Under the pieces are notes generated by a model. That model was given only the letters and a program-made list of their open reading frames with translations. It did not search any database and was not told the origin of the DNA. A DNA stretch of 15,683 nucleotides from Calditrichia bacterium (GTDB lineage Bacteria > Calditrichota > Calditrichia > RBG-13-44-9): positions 1 to 15,683 of the forward strand of contig JARRQT010000045.1 in assembly GCA_037381445.1 (NCBI GenBank). The letters run 5' to 3'. This document shows, piece by piece, positions 15,567-15,683 of this stretch; within the stretch, counting starts at the first letter, position 1; each line of letters begins with the position of its first letter. The translations under genes were made by a program, and so were the position numbers.

Positions 15567-15683
15567 TAAATCAAGATAAATCTAAAATTTAAATTCCGCA
15601 AATTCCTCCAAAGATATTGTTTATCGGACAGAAATGGTATTTTATATGCTAATTTCGATTCTGTCCAGAAGCGCTTCCCTTCC

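Noticed and set aside
15566..15612. Possible minus-strand leader peptide (TTG-RNLNFRFILI*) after GGAGG upstream of the SerA-like gene
   Set aside because: The SD-to-start spacing is only 3 nt, there is no run of Ser or other regulatory codons, and no attenuator hairpins follow.
15626..15683. GGACAGAA/TTCTGTCC inverted repeat and a possible gene end (minus strand ...GREALLDRIEISI*, stop at 15642-15644) at the window edge
   Set aside because: There is too little sequence to choose a reading frame or to tell an RNA structure from coding sequence.
1..15683. Mobile elements, CRISPR arrays, tRNA/rRNA, defence or toxin-antitoxin genes
   Set aside because: By eye I found no transposase, integrase or nuclease motifs, no regularly spaced direct repeats and no tRNA signatures. 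No covariance-model search was run.

Overview
Bacterial chromosomal window made up mostly of housekeeping and metabolic genes. I saw no mobile element, CRISPR array, tRNA or rRNA. Gene order: 3' end of a SEC59/VTE5-like membrane kinase (+), a PorV/PorQ-family outer-membrane barrel (+), a secreted HExxH metallopeptidase with a T9SS-type/FlgD-Ig C-terminal domain (+), a HAD phosphatase (-), a tight guaB-mce-mtgA cluster (+), alpha-glucan phosphorylase (-), rocD (+), a pseudo-receiver/DUF4388-like protein (-), pdxS-pdxT (-) and a short SerA-like D-2-hydroxyacid dehydrogenase (-). The PorV-like gene, the 'NxPNPF...SGIYFYRL' C-terminal domain and canonical sigma70 and Shine-Dalgarno signals together suggest a non-Bacteroidota FCB-related lineage such as Calditrichota; this is inference and was not verified. 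I cannot show a clearly new system. The best leads are the PorV-like gene paired with the peptidase, the non-phosphorylatable receiver/DUF4388-like gene flanked by a perfect 40-bp palindrome and a long hairpin, and a Rex-like operator upstream of the short SerA.
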